A stretch of DNA of 63,985 bases, the filler included, from Sluysia triapertura (lineage: Eukaryota), in the NCBI GenBank assembly GCA_046118255.1. It is 5 parts of 5 records of this genome, joined end to end, with 100 filler letters (N's around TTAATTAATTAA, not from the genome) between each part and the next. Parts side by side here need not be neighbours in the genome. Positions count along the whole stretch, not along the records: positions 28,689 to 40,882 come from JBJNIA010120195.1; positions 40,983 to 53,039 come from JBJNIA010143500.1; positions 53,140 to 63,985 come from JBJNIA010192739.1; 2 more parts are not named here. One strand, given 5' to 3'. A program made the position numbers and the translations under genes. A model generated the notes under the pieces. The model worked only from the letters and a program-made list of their open reading frames with translations, was not told where the DNA came from and made no database searches. The first letter of the stretch is position 1, and every line of letters starts with the position of its first letter. Below are positions 39,774-53,206 of this stretch, piece by piece.

Positions 39774-40812
39774 CCTATGATCTAATCTAATTGCGTAATT
39801 ACGGGTTAAAGAATTGGGGTTAAAAAAAATCGACGGAGGTCGTTTAGCTCCATAAAAACTTTTAATTTATCGGTTAAGTTTGTTAAAATAGATACTTAAT
39901 AAACGACTATGAACAGTAAACAACTATTATTATCTTGCATTATTATCTCTTTTATTCATCAAAATATTTCATCCATTAATTAATATTTTTATTTACTCAG
40001 CAAAGTATTATATCCATTAGTGGAAATTAATAATTAATAATTAATTCATAATTAATTCATAATTAATTGTATTTATTCATTAATGGAATTTTGATTTATA
40101 ATATTTCTCTTTCATACTTTTATTAATTTTGTTGTGTTTTATATCAACCTACACTAACAATTATGAAAATATCTTATGGGTTCGTCTGTAATTTGTGATT
40201 TATTCCCTATGGAAGACACAATTACAGGTGTTAGAGTGCTGATAGCAAATGTGGTATTTATAAATATTTATGTGATTAGTAAATTTGTCTATTTATATAT
40301 ATTATGTAAAATTTTTTATTTTTAATGTTTTATATATTAATGTTTATACATTTATATTTAATATAAAAATAAAATTAAACAAAAATTAGTAAATAATTGC
40401 AATAAATAAATAGGGAATTTTGTTATAATAATAGACAATAATTTTTAACATTCAACAAAAAGTCAACATCGGGTCTAATCAATCAAAAAGACGATCCATG
40501 ACGCAGTAAGTCGTTTTTTGATGAGTTTTATACTCTTACTGTAAGTTAGAAGAGTTAAAATCCACTTAAAATTATTTTTGAGGTACGCCAGACTTTAAAC
40601 ACGGCTAGCTAAACTTTAAACTAAAATATTTACAATTAATATCAGAAAAATATTCTGAATATTAATATTAAAATTATATTGTTATTATATTTTATTTTAT
40701 TTACCTTGTTTATTAAAATGCTAAATAAAAGTTCAATCGTTACATTAAATCTTTTTATAAAAATTATTAAATTATTTCGATTAAAATATTAAAATATACT
40801 GACACTCTAGAC

Positions 40813-40882
40813 CAGTGATTCTCAGCCTTTTTTTGTTGCGGCACTATTTTAAAGATTTCAAAATTTGGCGGCACAGTTTAAA
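40813..40882 (+). mobile_element. hAT (Charlie/Buster-type) terminus at scaffold end
   Basis: CAGTGATTCTCAGCC-(T)n preceded by ctctagac, an nTCTAGAn target typical of Charlie/Buster elements. Confidence 0.65.
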
Positions 40883-40982
40883 NNNNNNNNNNNNNNNNNN
40901 NNNNNNNNNNNNNNNNNNNNNNNNNNTTAATTAATTAANNNNNNNNNNNNNNNNNNNNNNNNNNNNNNNNNNNNNNNNNNNN
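40883..40982. other. Artificial scaffold-joining linker
   Basis: N44-TTAATTAATTAA-N44. Confidence 0.97.
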
Positions 40983-43900
40983 AGTAAACATGCATTGAAT
41001 GCACATGGTGATGCATGTAAATTTATCGTGCTTTATGGTGTTTAAAATGTAGTTATACGAAAAAATGATCATGGAAAGTAGTGGTGAGCAACGATTAATG
41101 TTTGTAAAGACCTGCTTAAGCCGAATCTACTTAATTACTCTTTAACCATATCTATTAGAACAAAAAAAGGTTAGAAATGAGAAATTCTATTCTAATGTAA
41201 TTTTGACTTTCGGAGTCGAAATTTTAAAATCAACCTAAACATTTATTTCAATACTTTTCCTTAAACCCGATTGAATGTGAGAAAAATTCATGTGTAAAAT
41301 CTTTAGAACTTAAATTAAATGTCCAAATGGCTTTAATTTTAAAATAATTTCTATTGGTGTCTAATTTTAGGTTTAGTTAAGGTGAAGTAGATATAAGGAT
41401 TGTAACTTATGGTATAAGAATAAAGTAAGTATTATTGAAAGAATAAAACAAAACTTATGAATTGTGTTCGTTAATGGAATACGTATATAAAATATTTAAA
41501 TTAAAATAAAACAGGAGGAAGATACGATGAGAGAACCCTCTATAATGCCTTACTCGTTAAAATATAAAAGTACATTTATTAATTAATATAATTAACAATT
41601 GTTTAATGTTATAATTTCGTGAAAAATGTCTGTGCATGATAAAATAATATTAGATTTAGGGTGTAATGCCGAATTTCATCAGTTTTGCTAATGCTGAAAT
41701 GTTACAGATTGCGTTGGCGTAAGTAACACAAAAATTAATTTTTTAAATTTATTTTTATAATCTAAAATTAAGTTTACAAATGTTGCAATACCTGTGTACA
41801 ATCATAATTTATATTAAATTGATGCTCACTAAGATACTAATTCAAATAGGTAATTGAACTCAACATGTAGAGTATGGCTGAAGTATGATATTATAAAAAA
41901 AGGAAATTATAGAAAGGAAATTTGGCATTTAATTAATTTTAAGTTGATGCATTACTGGAATAGTAAACATTAGTATGATAATGATATTAAATTTCGATTT
42001 TGTTAAGTTAATAATAAAAGGGAATTGTTAGTTACAAATTTCAGTATCTTTGGGTAATTGCGGGTGATAAGAAATTGGAAGCTAACAAAAATTATCGTCG
42101 AAGTTTAATTATTAAAATTGGTCGGCTTACAACAAATTCAAAGGAATGAATAATTATATGAAGTAATTATTTTTATTTTCCAAATTTTAATCATCTCAGA
42201 ATTTACCAAACTTATACTTAAGCGATCGCATTTTTGTTAAAATTAGAACAAAAAAGATATTGGACATGTAAGAAGAAAAAGAATAAAACTTCACTTCCAA
42301 TAAAAGAACTGCCTCAGCACACCTGTGATAAACATTGTGCTTGAGTATTTGTCTTTAGCAACTGAAACAGCCTTATATGCAACATTACTATTGCGATTAG
42401 TGATCCACGTTCTTGTCATTTTATTTTGTTTAATACGGGCGTCAACATTTTTCGTGTTGCGTCACCTGTGGATTTTTCTTTTATTGATTTATAACTTTGA
42501 ATTTGTATATTGATATTAAGAATAATCGATAATTTGTCATTTTTGTGATATCTGAAATACATTGTGATTATGCGTTAATTTAATTGTTGAGATATCATTG
42601 ATACTTTTGATTTAAGGACAGTATTATTAAATATCTTTTATCACTTATATTGAAATTTTTCTTTATTTGTAAAATTTTGTTTAATATAATTTATAAATCG
42701 AGTTTTATTTTATAGTTGTTTTTGTGATATAAATGAATTAAATTAATAAAAAATTAAAAAATTAACGGAAGCTTGGTAGACCCTCTATACATATCTAGTC
42801 ATAAACTGAGAGAAGTTACGGGAGCTTTAAGATTAATATAAATTTTTACATAGAATATTATCATTTTAGTTACAGGTATGTCATTTACACGTCGTAATAT
42901 AGCTTGATCCTGCTAAAATTTATCTGGCTGTAGTTTAAGAAAAAGCCGCAGCATTATATATAAGTTTCGAAATAATCTTGGTTCTTTAATGCTAACTTAT
43001 TCAAATAAAGAGTCAAACAAATTATGTCTACATTATGTTTGGTTGAAGGAAATAATTTAAATAATAATAATTTTGAACAGTTTGTAAACTTAATTTTGGT
43101 TTCGTGATTTAGTGTTCCGATTTTCTGTTAGATTAAAAAGGGTTGGATTTATCACATTGGGTAAAATTTTCTCTAGTGTCGATGCCAGAGAGTTTAGATC
43201 GGTCACAATTTATGTCGAATGCTATAACCGAAATTGTTTCGCAAAATATTTAGTTTAAAAATCTCAAAGAATATTAATTTTTTCTTATCATTATATAAGA
43301 AGCATTTATATAAAAACATCACTATTTTGCATTTAATATAAAACATATTGGTTTATAATTACAGACACGAAAATCTTCCATTATTTCTTTAAGCAATAAC
43401 TCATAACGGAAGCTCTTTACTAGAGTATTAGATTGAGATTCATAAAAATTAAAACAATTACAATAAAACAGCATTAATAAAAAGTACTCACATAATTCTT
43501 CAATTATTTTACTCGTAAGTTTCACATTTCTATAAGCACGAGAATATTCATTAAAATTAATAAATACTTAGCCTTTTAATCTCTTTCTTTGTTCTGTAAG
43601 TCCAATCGAATCTGTAATAAATTTAATTCTCAGTGTTTTTTTAGAAATTTCGAACGTACAAAATTTCGATTAATTGTATAATTTCTTCACTAAATTCTAG
43701 TTCTGTTTCGAATCACTCTAATTATCTAAATTCAACTGCAGTTAATTTGTATTGAAACTCGAGACATGTATTTCTATCGTTATAGTTTTGTTTTATGCTT
43801 GTTTTTATGTGAAATTTTTTTTTACAAAATTGTTTCAAAAGTTTATTTTGTTAAACTTTGCATCTGTATAATTATTTATATTTTCTATCACATGATATCT

Positions 43901-45906
43901 ATAAATACAATATGAGAATATTGTTGTGTTTTCATTTTTTAATATTCTTTAAATTAATAGCTATAATTGTAAAACACAATTAAATGAGTCTAAATCTCAA
44001 TTTATTGTAACTATATCGCAATATATTACAATAGAAATCAAACAATAGTTAACTCAATATAACTCAGTCTTTCATGGCACTTTAAATAAATCTCAGAATA
44101 ATTTAATTAAATGAAAATCAATTATATTATTCAATCACACGGGGTTACACAACAGACATAAATGTTATTACCCAAAATACAATAATTAAACAATAAAAAC
44201 TCAAGACCTAACTAATTACAAATAAGTTGGCTTAAAGATAAAATTGTAGTCATTTTCAAAGATTTGTTTTACATTGAATCAGCTGTCTTACAGCAAAAGT
44301 ATTAACTGTTATATAAATTTTATTTGTGTGCAATGATAGAAAAATATGGTTCTTAGTACTTAGATAATTACTAAGAAGTCGGGAATTCGACTTAATTATT
44401 GAGCATGTCTTTGGGGTATTGTGTTTAACTTTAAATTTAATTAATAAAATAAAATTAATTGATTTATTCCATTTCTTTAAAAAAATTTTTAATATAACAC
44501 ACTAAACATGTATTAACGGAAAAACATTTATATATGAACGACTAAAAATTTGCTTAAAATCATACAAATATAATAAATAGAAATAATAATTTACGCTTGA
44601 ATATGCCACGATCATCACATTATAAATATAAATATAAACATTATCATCATCAAATACTAATTGTAAGATAAAATAATTTACCTTAAAAAACTTTCGTTAT
44701 CATAAAAGGGTCATCGTAGTTCGTCAACTTCATGTGCATTCTCCGTTTTTGATACATTGACCAGTATCGATGTACCATACAAACATTGTCCCGTTGTATA
44801 GTAAAATAATTGATTATGACGTACTATATCTTCAGTGTTTGGATGAAAATATACTGGCAAACTATTTTATTTAGACAATGTTCCGTGTTTTCATTGTATG
44901 AAGTATTTTGTTATAAATTTTAATTCATTAGAAATCGTATTCAAGAATTGGTTAACTCCATCATATGACTTAATTTGATCGATTTATACAACGATCAACA
45001 TTATCCAAATTTGTGTATTTCATCTCTTGACTTGATTTCTTGAACCATAAAACCTCCTATACAAACTTCTATAAATACATAAATTTCTCTTTCTTTCATA
45101 AATTTATTTTTCTTTAAAATTAAAATTCTTTTTCTTTAAATCTTTTAGTTCTTTTACTATTCTTTGATTATAAAATGAAAATATAAAGAGAATTTAAGAA
45201 GAAATATGAGAAGTATTATTGCAATAAGCAATAAAATGTTTGTCGGAGGAAAAGTAGTACATTTTTCTAAAATAAAAGAAGTACAACAAGAAATGAGTGA
45301 AGCTGGAGATGTTAAAAGAAATTCCTAAATTTATTATTATATTTTGAATTCTACTTACAAACTTAATGATTTGTGATGGAATAAATGGTTAAGATGTTGT
45401 AAAGTTACAAACTTTTGTGTATTATAATGTGATAAAATTTTAAATGATAAGGTTGGCCACCACAATGTCAATAAGGCATTCTAATTTTTTTAGAATAGGT
45501 TTTATGCCGACAAATTTTATTTAACAAATTTGAAAATTAATTTCCGTCGAATTTCTGTTTTAATATTATCTAGAAATTATGAGTTTTGTGACTAACACTC
45601 TTTTCTTTTCAAAATAATAAAATTTAAATTTAGGATCATAGTTATAATAATGCTTTCACTTAAATTGAATATAAATCTAATCCAAATATAAAATTTATTT
45701 ACAATAACTTTTAATACAACACGCGACAAGTTAATGGTTCGTCACTTTAACGTCAATTTCAATAAAATATTTAGATTGAACTCTTAATGAGCATTAATTA
45801 CATATGGACTTTTATTACATATACTCATTATAATACATAGAAATTTAACTTTATTAAATTAAAACTTATGATTTTACATTATCTATGTTGATGTGTTTCG
45901 CACTAC

Positions 45907-46128
45907 CTTGGAGTCCGTAACCCAGATATTTTTAATAATTGCATTGTATTATATGTGATACCAGGTCCTATGCAAATATCATACGAAAAGATATTAAAAT
46001 TATTTTCAAGCAATTTTAATTACATTAATTAATATTTATACTTATAAATTTTTGTAAAACTCTAGAAAATATTGATCCATTTACCTTCAAGCTGTGATAT
46101 CCTTTCAATCACTTTATCTTCTGACGAC
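45907..46128 (-). CDS. Two putative micro-exons (46128-46085, 45967-45907) of an unidentified gene
   Basis: Canonical AG/GT borders and compatible phases give SSEDKVIERISQLE-G-PGITYNTMQLLKISGLRTP. Confidence 0.3.
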
Positions 46129-49100
46129 CTTAACAATAGTATTCAGTTCAAAATTATTGTTTATTTTTCAAAATAAATATATTTTTATACTTAAATATGT
46201 ATAAATATTAATTTTAATTAAATAAGAATTGATTTTTCAGTGTACATTTCTGGAAAACTAATCCTATAAAATTGATTATATATTTAAGTTCTTTCTAAAT
46301 TTTAAAGTTTGATATAAATCATCTAGTGTCACATTTGGTCGATCCGAAATAGATCACCCTTTAAAATAACTAAAACACTAAATAATCTTCGATTAAGCTA
46401 GAATTGAATATAAATATTTATTGATAAAAACATTTACACAAATCCTACGACAAGGATTCTTTATAGTTTAAATTATTTTTTGATTAATGATTTTACTTTC
46501 TTTAACTGTATGAAAAACAATGTTAACTTTTGAGAACGATTTATTATACACAAAAAAAGAATTTTTTACAATAACTAATAATAATAATATATTTTGCAAG
46601 AATTACTTTCTGTAATTCTGAATGATAATAAATTTAGAAATGATTTTTCAGTAATCTATTACAAGATCACAAAAATTACTTAATAAAAGATTTTAAGTGG
46701 ATTTTTCAATTATATTTAACAATATCCTACCTTAAATAAAATAAACTAACGTTTATGAAGAAAGAATTAATCAGATTAATGTGCAAAATGCTTTTCGGTT
46801 AATTGCTCGTCCAACGATTATACTTCGCCAATTTACTAGTCGACAAATAAACTTGTTTTCAAATGAAAGTATTGAGAAAAATATGTATTTGTGGTTAATA
46901 TTTATATCTTTTTGCATATTAACATTGAAGGTTAATTTAAACAAATTAAAATAAAAGTTTAATTATTTAAACAAAAATTAAATTAATAAAAGTTAAAAAT
47001 AATTTTAAAACTCACTATCTAAATTGATATAAATTGATATTAATATAAATCACAAAATGAAATTGTATGAAATAAATGTTAAAAATAAATTAGAAAATAA
47101 AATTGATAATAATAAAATTAATAAAACTAATAATAAAACAATAGTGTATCTTTTTAAACAAGTAATTTTAAACATTAAAATCATAATATTTAACTTTGAC
47201 CACAATCAATAATTGTTGTAATAATATTCTTTGACCTTGATAGTAAAAATATATTTTTGGAATTCTGTGAATTTGGTAATATTTGTCTTATTAATTCTTT
47301 TGTCTTAATCTACATCCGCTAGAATTGTGTTTGGTAGAAATTTGTAAAGTAAACACTTGTTTGTAAAAAGAACATTTGTTAAGTAAACATAAACATGTGT
47401 AATATTTTCTATATAAATTGTAAATAAATAGGATTTGTAGATATTTTTAGATTAATTAGTAATTATTTTAAATATAATTAGAATAATTAAATAAATTAGT
47501 TTAAAAATTTTAGAAATAAAATTTACCATTAAAACTTTATTAATTAAAGAACTTAGAAAAGAAAGTTTATTATTTATTAATTTATAATACTCAAATTATC
47601 ACATTAAAAAATAATTATCGTATTCTTACTAGTAAATTATCACATTTTTATTAGTATATTTCGTTTTTTATTACAATTAATGAAGATATAAAAGGTATCT
47701 AAAACTATTAATTTTCTCACAAGGTACATTGTTAAAAAGTTCACAACAGAGTCATCAGATTTCGACAGTATCGTCAATTTAGGATAACAACAAGAATAAA
47801 TAAAGATTTTTATATTCATGCTAAATCGTTGAGACATGTATTACATTGGTCGATTAACAAACTCGTCAAACCGAAAGTAGTCTTACAGTTTTAATTGAAC
47901 GTCATTAAGGAAAACATTATTTGAGAAAAGAAGGTTGCATTTTTTTAAATAACTTGACTTTCACGAAAATTAACAAATAATTGAGAGAAACGATAATGCG
48001 TTACTAAGATTAAAAAATATGTTTAAGAAAATTAAACTGAAGGAAAGATTGTAACACATTATAACACATTGCTAAGATTAAAAGCATATTTATTATTGGT
48101 AAAAGGAAACTAGTTAAAAGAAAAATCACATTAAGAATAAGGAACTCTTTATCTTAGAATTTGACAGCTAAAACGTGGAACAATGCTTTCTTTGCATATA
48201 AACCGCTGATTTCAAACGGACCCAAATAATTTAACTCTATTTGCTGAATCGTATTTAGGTAAAAATCGCAGCAAATTACTCCTTTTCGGCATATTATTGA
48301 TTGAATTCATTGTCATGACGCAATCCGGCAAGCAGTTAAACCGACTGGTTTCAATACGAGAAAAGTGATTCATATTAGTTTCGAGAACGGTGAATATCTA
48401 ATAGTCTATAAAGCGATACCCAAAATTTGTGTAAAGTTTTCTATAATTACTTGGTCGTGTACAATCAGAAGTATAATTTTTAATTGCATTAATCTGTAAA
48501 GTTAGAATTTAATATAAAGTTTAGAATTTAATTTTTGAAATTACTTTATTTTGAAATTATCAATAAATTTATATAAATTATTATTAAATATATCAATTAT
48601 TATTATATATTATAAGATAATATATTTAAAATAATAAAACAATTATTATAAATAAAATAATAAAATAGATATAGAATTATTATTATTATAAAATATGAAA
48701 ATTATTTAAAATTACTTATAAAATTAAAATAATTATTATAAAATATAAATTATTTAAAACAAAGATCTCCATGGTAATAAGTGTTTGTAAACAAAATATG
48801 TGTATATAAAGACAATAGAATTTTATAGAAGTTTATAATTAAGTTCATACAAAAATTTTTTGTTTGTAAAATTTATATTGTTTGGAAAGAAGAATATTTA
48901 ATTACATTATAATTCGGAAGGACGAATATTTCATTTATTTGTTTGTAATTTGATTGGAAAAGTTAATCGTTAGTCTATTATTTTATAAGAATTGATTTTA
49001 AAGTAATATAAATTATACTTAATCATCAATTAAATTATTTAGTAATTTTTCATTACAATATAAATTCACTATTAAAAATAAAAATATTAAATATTAATTG

Positions 49101-49863
49101 AGAAAATTAATATTGCTAAATATCATAACTGACATACTATATTATATAATAATTATATTATATAATATGATAATGATCTGCCAGAGATAAGAATTTTTAT
49201 AAAGCAGTCAACAAGGATGTTTTTTCTAAATACAGCTATTGGAAAGATTGATCAGCTCATATGGATATTTCCCTACTTTATCCTTATGAAACGTAGCATT
49301 ATTGTCACCAATGATGTCGTTGCATCTTTATTAATAAGTTTTCTAATATGTGATAATCTCTTTTATTGGTAATTATGTTTCTCAAAATACAATTTATACA
49401 TTCATTCATGTTCAATATAAGATCATATATTGCGTAATTTTAGTTTTATGTTCAGCATATTACCATCTTAACTAATTTTGATTCATTTATTTTAGCAATG
49501 TATCTACTTTTATTATTAGAATTTTTTATTTTTTATAATTGTTTCTAAACAAAAAGAATATCAAAATATAAATATTTATCATTGAATATTTGTTAATTTC
49601 TTTTTTCTCATATAAAGTAAGAATTTGTGAATGCGCACTTATATAACAATTCTGATTATATTCTGATAATACATTTAGAATTATAACATAAAATAATATT
49701 TTTTCAATAAAATTTGCAATATTTTAATTCAGAAAAGTTAGCATTATGTTCCATTTATTTAATATCACATTTTAATATTACAAATAAATTAATTTTTTGT
49801 TTATCTCTTTTGAAACCAAGGTATTTTCGTAAAGCATAATTAAAAGTTCTTATATTGAAAATA

Positions 49864-51742
49864 ATGTCCATTGCAACACCTCAGTTAAAATATGCATTCG
49901 GCTTAAGAGGCGGACTTAATAGTACAATCGCCTATATAAATGAACAAACTATTGTTTATCCATGTGGTTCTAATATTGTGCTTTACAATATTGATCAAAA
50001 AACTCAAAAATTCATACCCGGTTATGAAAAAACTCAAAAGATGACCTCTTTAGCAGTTAGTCCAAATCGTCGTTATGTGGCAGTAGCTATAATAACAATA
50101 GAAGCAAAACTTATGGTTGTAATTTTTGACTTGAATTCCATGAAGAAAAAGAAAGAATTACATTGTTCAGAGGGTATTCAAGCAGATCAATTTGTGAGTA
50201 TCGTATTTTCTCCAGATAGTAAATATCTAGCTACACAAACTGATGGTCCAGATTGGCAGTTGGGTTATTGGGCATGGGAAAAAGCTAAGTTATTAGCACA
50301 TGCGACTATGGCAACACCATTACCTGAATTTTCTGTCAAACAAGTAAATTTAAACAATTTAATTGTACTAAAAAATATTCAAAAAATATATCTATTAACA
50401 CTTTATAATTTATTTTTTGAAATATTTTGAAATTAGTAAATCTATTTTATTATGTGAAACATACTAAGAAAATTTATAAGCAATTGTTAAACTGGTTTGA
50501 TCACTCCATTCTTCGAGTCTTGGCCAGTCTATTAAATATTAATAATTTCAAATATTAATATTTAAATTGAAATATTTTTACAATTAAATTTTATCTACAA
50601 AAAAACAGAAAAACAAAGAAAAATATGGAAAGCATAGAAAGCATATAGGCTACGTTTTACATACTTTATATGTAAGAATTGCGAATACATATAATAGATT
50701 TAATAGTTTAATGTTTTTGGTCTTTGTTCTCTTTGTAACAGAGTTTTATAATGATACTTTAAAAAAACAGTTCACGATTTTAAACTTTATCAATTTAATT
50801 ATCAATTTGATTATGACATATGTTTGGCCGATGTGGAAGTATAATAATAAGCATAATTCCAATCTAACGTCTTCTGTGTTACTAAGTAAATAAGGTATTT
50901 AAACTAAATTAACCTCTTGTCGCCCGAATTAATTTTCAAATCTAATAAAAAATTTTCGAAATTACTACTTTCGAAATTACTTCCGGTAAATTGTTGTAAT
51001 GAAAAGCTATTCAGTACCAGCTAAATATGTAGTATTAAATGAGTCGTAAACGCTACAGTGGGCTATAAGGGAATAAGTAAAGGCATTTGTTCAATAAATT
51101 ATCTTTGGCAAATGAACTGTATTATATTCAAAAACTTTAGAAGATTTTATTTTAATATTACACCTACTGATTTGCAGATGTTTTTACGTGCTAATTAAAT
51201 ATGAACAATTATTCATGTTTTTTTTAATTTCTTGTTTTCATTATGTTTAGCGGTATTTCTGTGTGTTTTGGTGTATTTTTTGATGATTTTAAGTTTTAAA
51301 GTAGTTGTCATACATTTTCTGTTATTTTATATTATAATTTCATTTTAATATTATATTATATTATAATTTCATTATTCTTTTTATTAAAATCGTTATTTAA
51401 AAATGTTTCAAATGAACAAAACCTCGATAATATATTTCTTTTTGAATCTTAGATATCTTTTAATCCTCAAGACAGTACTCAAATCTGTGCAATTGGAAAT
51501 AAGTTCTTTAAAATGTTTCGTTATTCGGAAAATAATTTGAAAAATTATGGTATAATTAAAGTTGAATCACAAAATTTTCAATGTCATTGTTGGGTGTCGC
51601 CTGATCGTTTAGTTATAGGTTCTGAATCTGGTAAATGGATTTTGGTCGAAAATGGAGAATTGAAATATGAATGTTCTTTAGTGTCTGAGAAAGAATCCAG
51701 TGGCGCAATTTCGAAAATTGAAGATCAAAAAATAACAAGACC

Positions 51743-51796
<54 letters not shown>

Positions 51797-52044
51797 TTAT
51801 TGTATTATTACTTTATTATTATTGTAGTAGCACGGAAACTAATGATAATGCAGTTTTAAGTAATAATTACAATAAAATAACAGCAGTGGCAGCTACAAAT
51901 AAAGGATTGGCATTAAGTTGCGGAATGGGTAAAGTACATTGGTTTGAAAAATTAGAAGATAATAAGTTGTACTATAAAAAAGCTCGTGAAATAATTATTC
52001 CTAAATCATCAAGCACTATCGATCAACTGGAACCGGCAGAACAG
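49864..52044 (+). CDS. CFAP57: Cilia- and flagella-associated protein 57 (WDR65), first three coding exons 49864-50343, 51453-51742, 51828-52044; truncated by scaffold end
   Basis: YAFGLRGG...YNIDQKTQKFIPG.EK...LAVSPNRRYVAV...FSPDSKYL...WAWEK|ISFNPQDSTQIC...|...KGLALSCGMGKVHWFEK...REIIIP is collinear with the CFAP57 N-terminal WD40 region. The introns are GT-AG with consistent phases. Confidence 0.93.
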
Positions 52045-53039
52045 GTTACTTTTTAAATAAGTTTATAAAATTCATTTAGTGAAGTATTTTTAATGTGTCC
52101 TGTTAATTGCTGAAATAAGAATATTGTAATACATTATATTAGATTGTATATTCTGTATAATATGTAAAAATTTTAAAATGGGTTATGTGATTCTTTTAAA
52201 AACTTGCGTATGATGATTTTTATTTTGTAGATTTTGTATGTGCTTGTAAAATGAACTCTTATTTTTAGTATTAATCTAAATTTTTTGTATAAATTTTATT
52301 CTTCAATAATAGTCTAAACTTCTTTAATAATATTCTCAATTTATGTTACTACTTGGATTTGACCGAGATACCATCTTTTGCAAAATTTAAAACTCTCTAA
52401 TGTAAAAATTTTTTACTCGCTTTACTTTAATAAAATTCAAAATTTTATATGTTATATCTATATCTTTCAATTAACTTCTGAGTCTAAGTTTTATTTTAAT
52501 TAGTTATACGAATTGTCTGGAGTTATAAATTTGTATACTACTCGTGCTAGTTGTTCAGAATAGAAGTGCCATAACAAAAATTATAATTCCTTAAAATTTA
52601 TTTATTCTAATGCTTTTGTATGTGTTCTGATATTATTAAAGAAACTATTCCAATTTTTAGAACTAAATTTATCTAATTTACTTTATAAAGTCTTATTCAA
52701 TTTTAAATTCCTTAATATATCTTATGATATCTTTAACTTTGTGGTGTCTATCTAATCCTGGTTTCTATCTCCAATACCCTTTATTTAAGCAAAACTAAAA
52801 AGAAAACTTTTTTATTTAAATAAATTAAAATAGTTATTTTATTTAGTTATATTACGAACACTGCTTTAATAGATTATATTAATGCTCAGCTTTAGCCTAA
52901 TTCAATATCAATTAGTTTGATATCAGCTAGAATATTTGATCTCCAACCGAATTATGTTATACTGATCAATATATTAACCCGTAAACGTCCGACCTTACTT
53001 TTAAGAAATTCTGTGTCTGTTTTATACTGTTTCCATTTA

Positions 53040-53139
53040 NNNNNNNNNNNNNNNNNNNNNNNNNNNNNNNNNNNNNNNNNNNNTTAATTAATTAANNNNN
53101 NNNNNNNNNNNNNNNNNNNNNNNNNNNNNNNNNNNNNNN
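53040..53139. other. Artificial scaffold-joining linker
   Basis: N44-TTAATTAATTAA-N44. Confidence 0.97.

Positions 53140-53206
<67 letters not shown>

Noticed and set aside
51743-51827. Poly-Leu transmembrane tail on CFAP57
   Set aside because: It is intron read-through; homology resumes in the next exon.
26783-52044. Microtubule/cilia gene cluster (vasohibin + CFAP57)
   Set aside because: The genes are on different scaffolds separated by artificial linkers.
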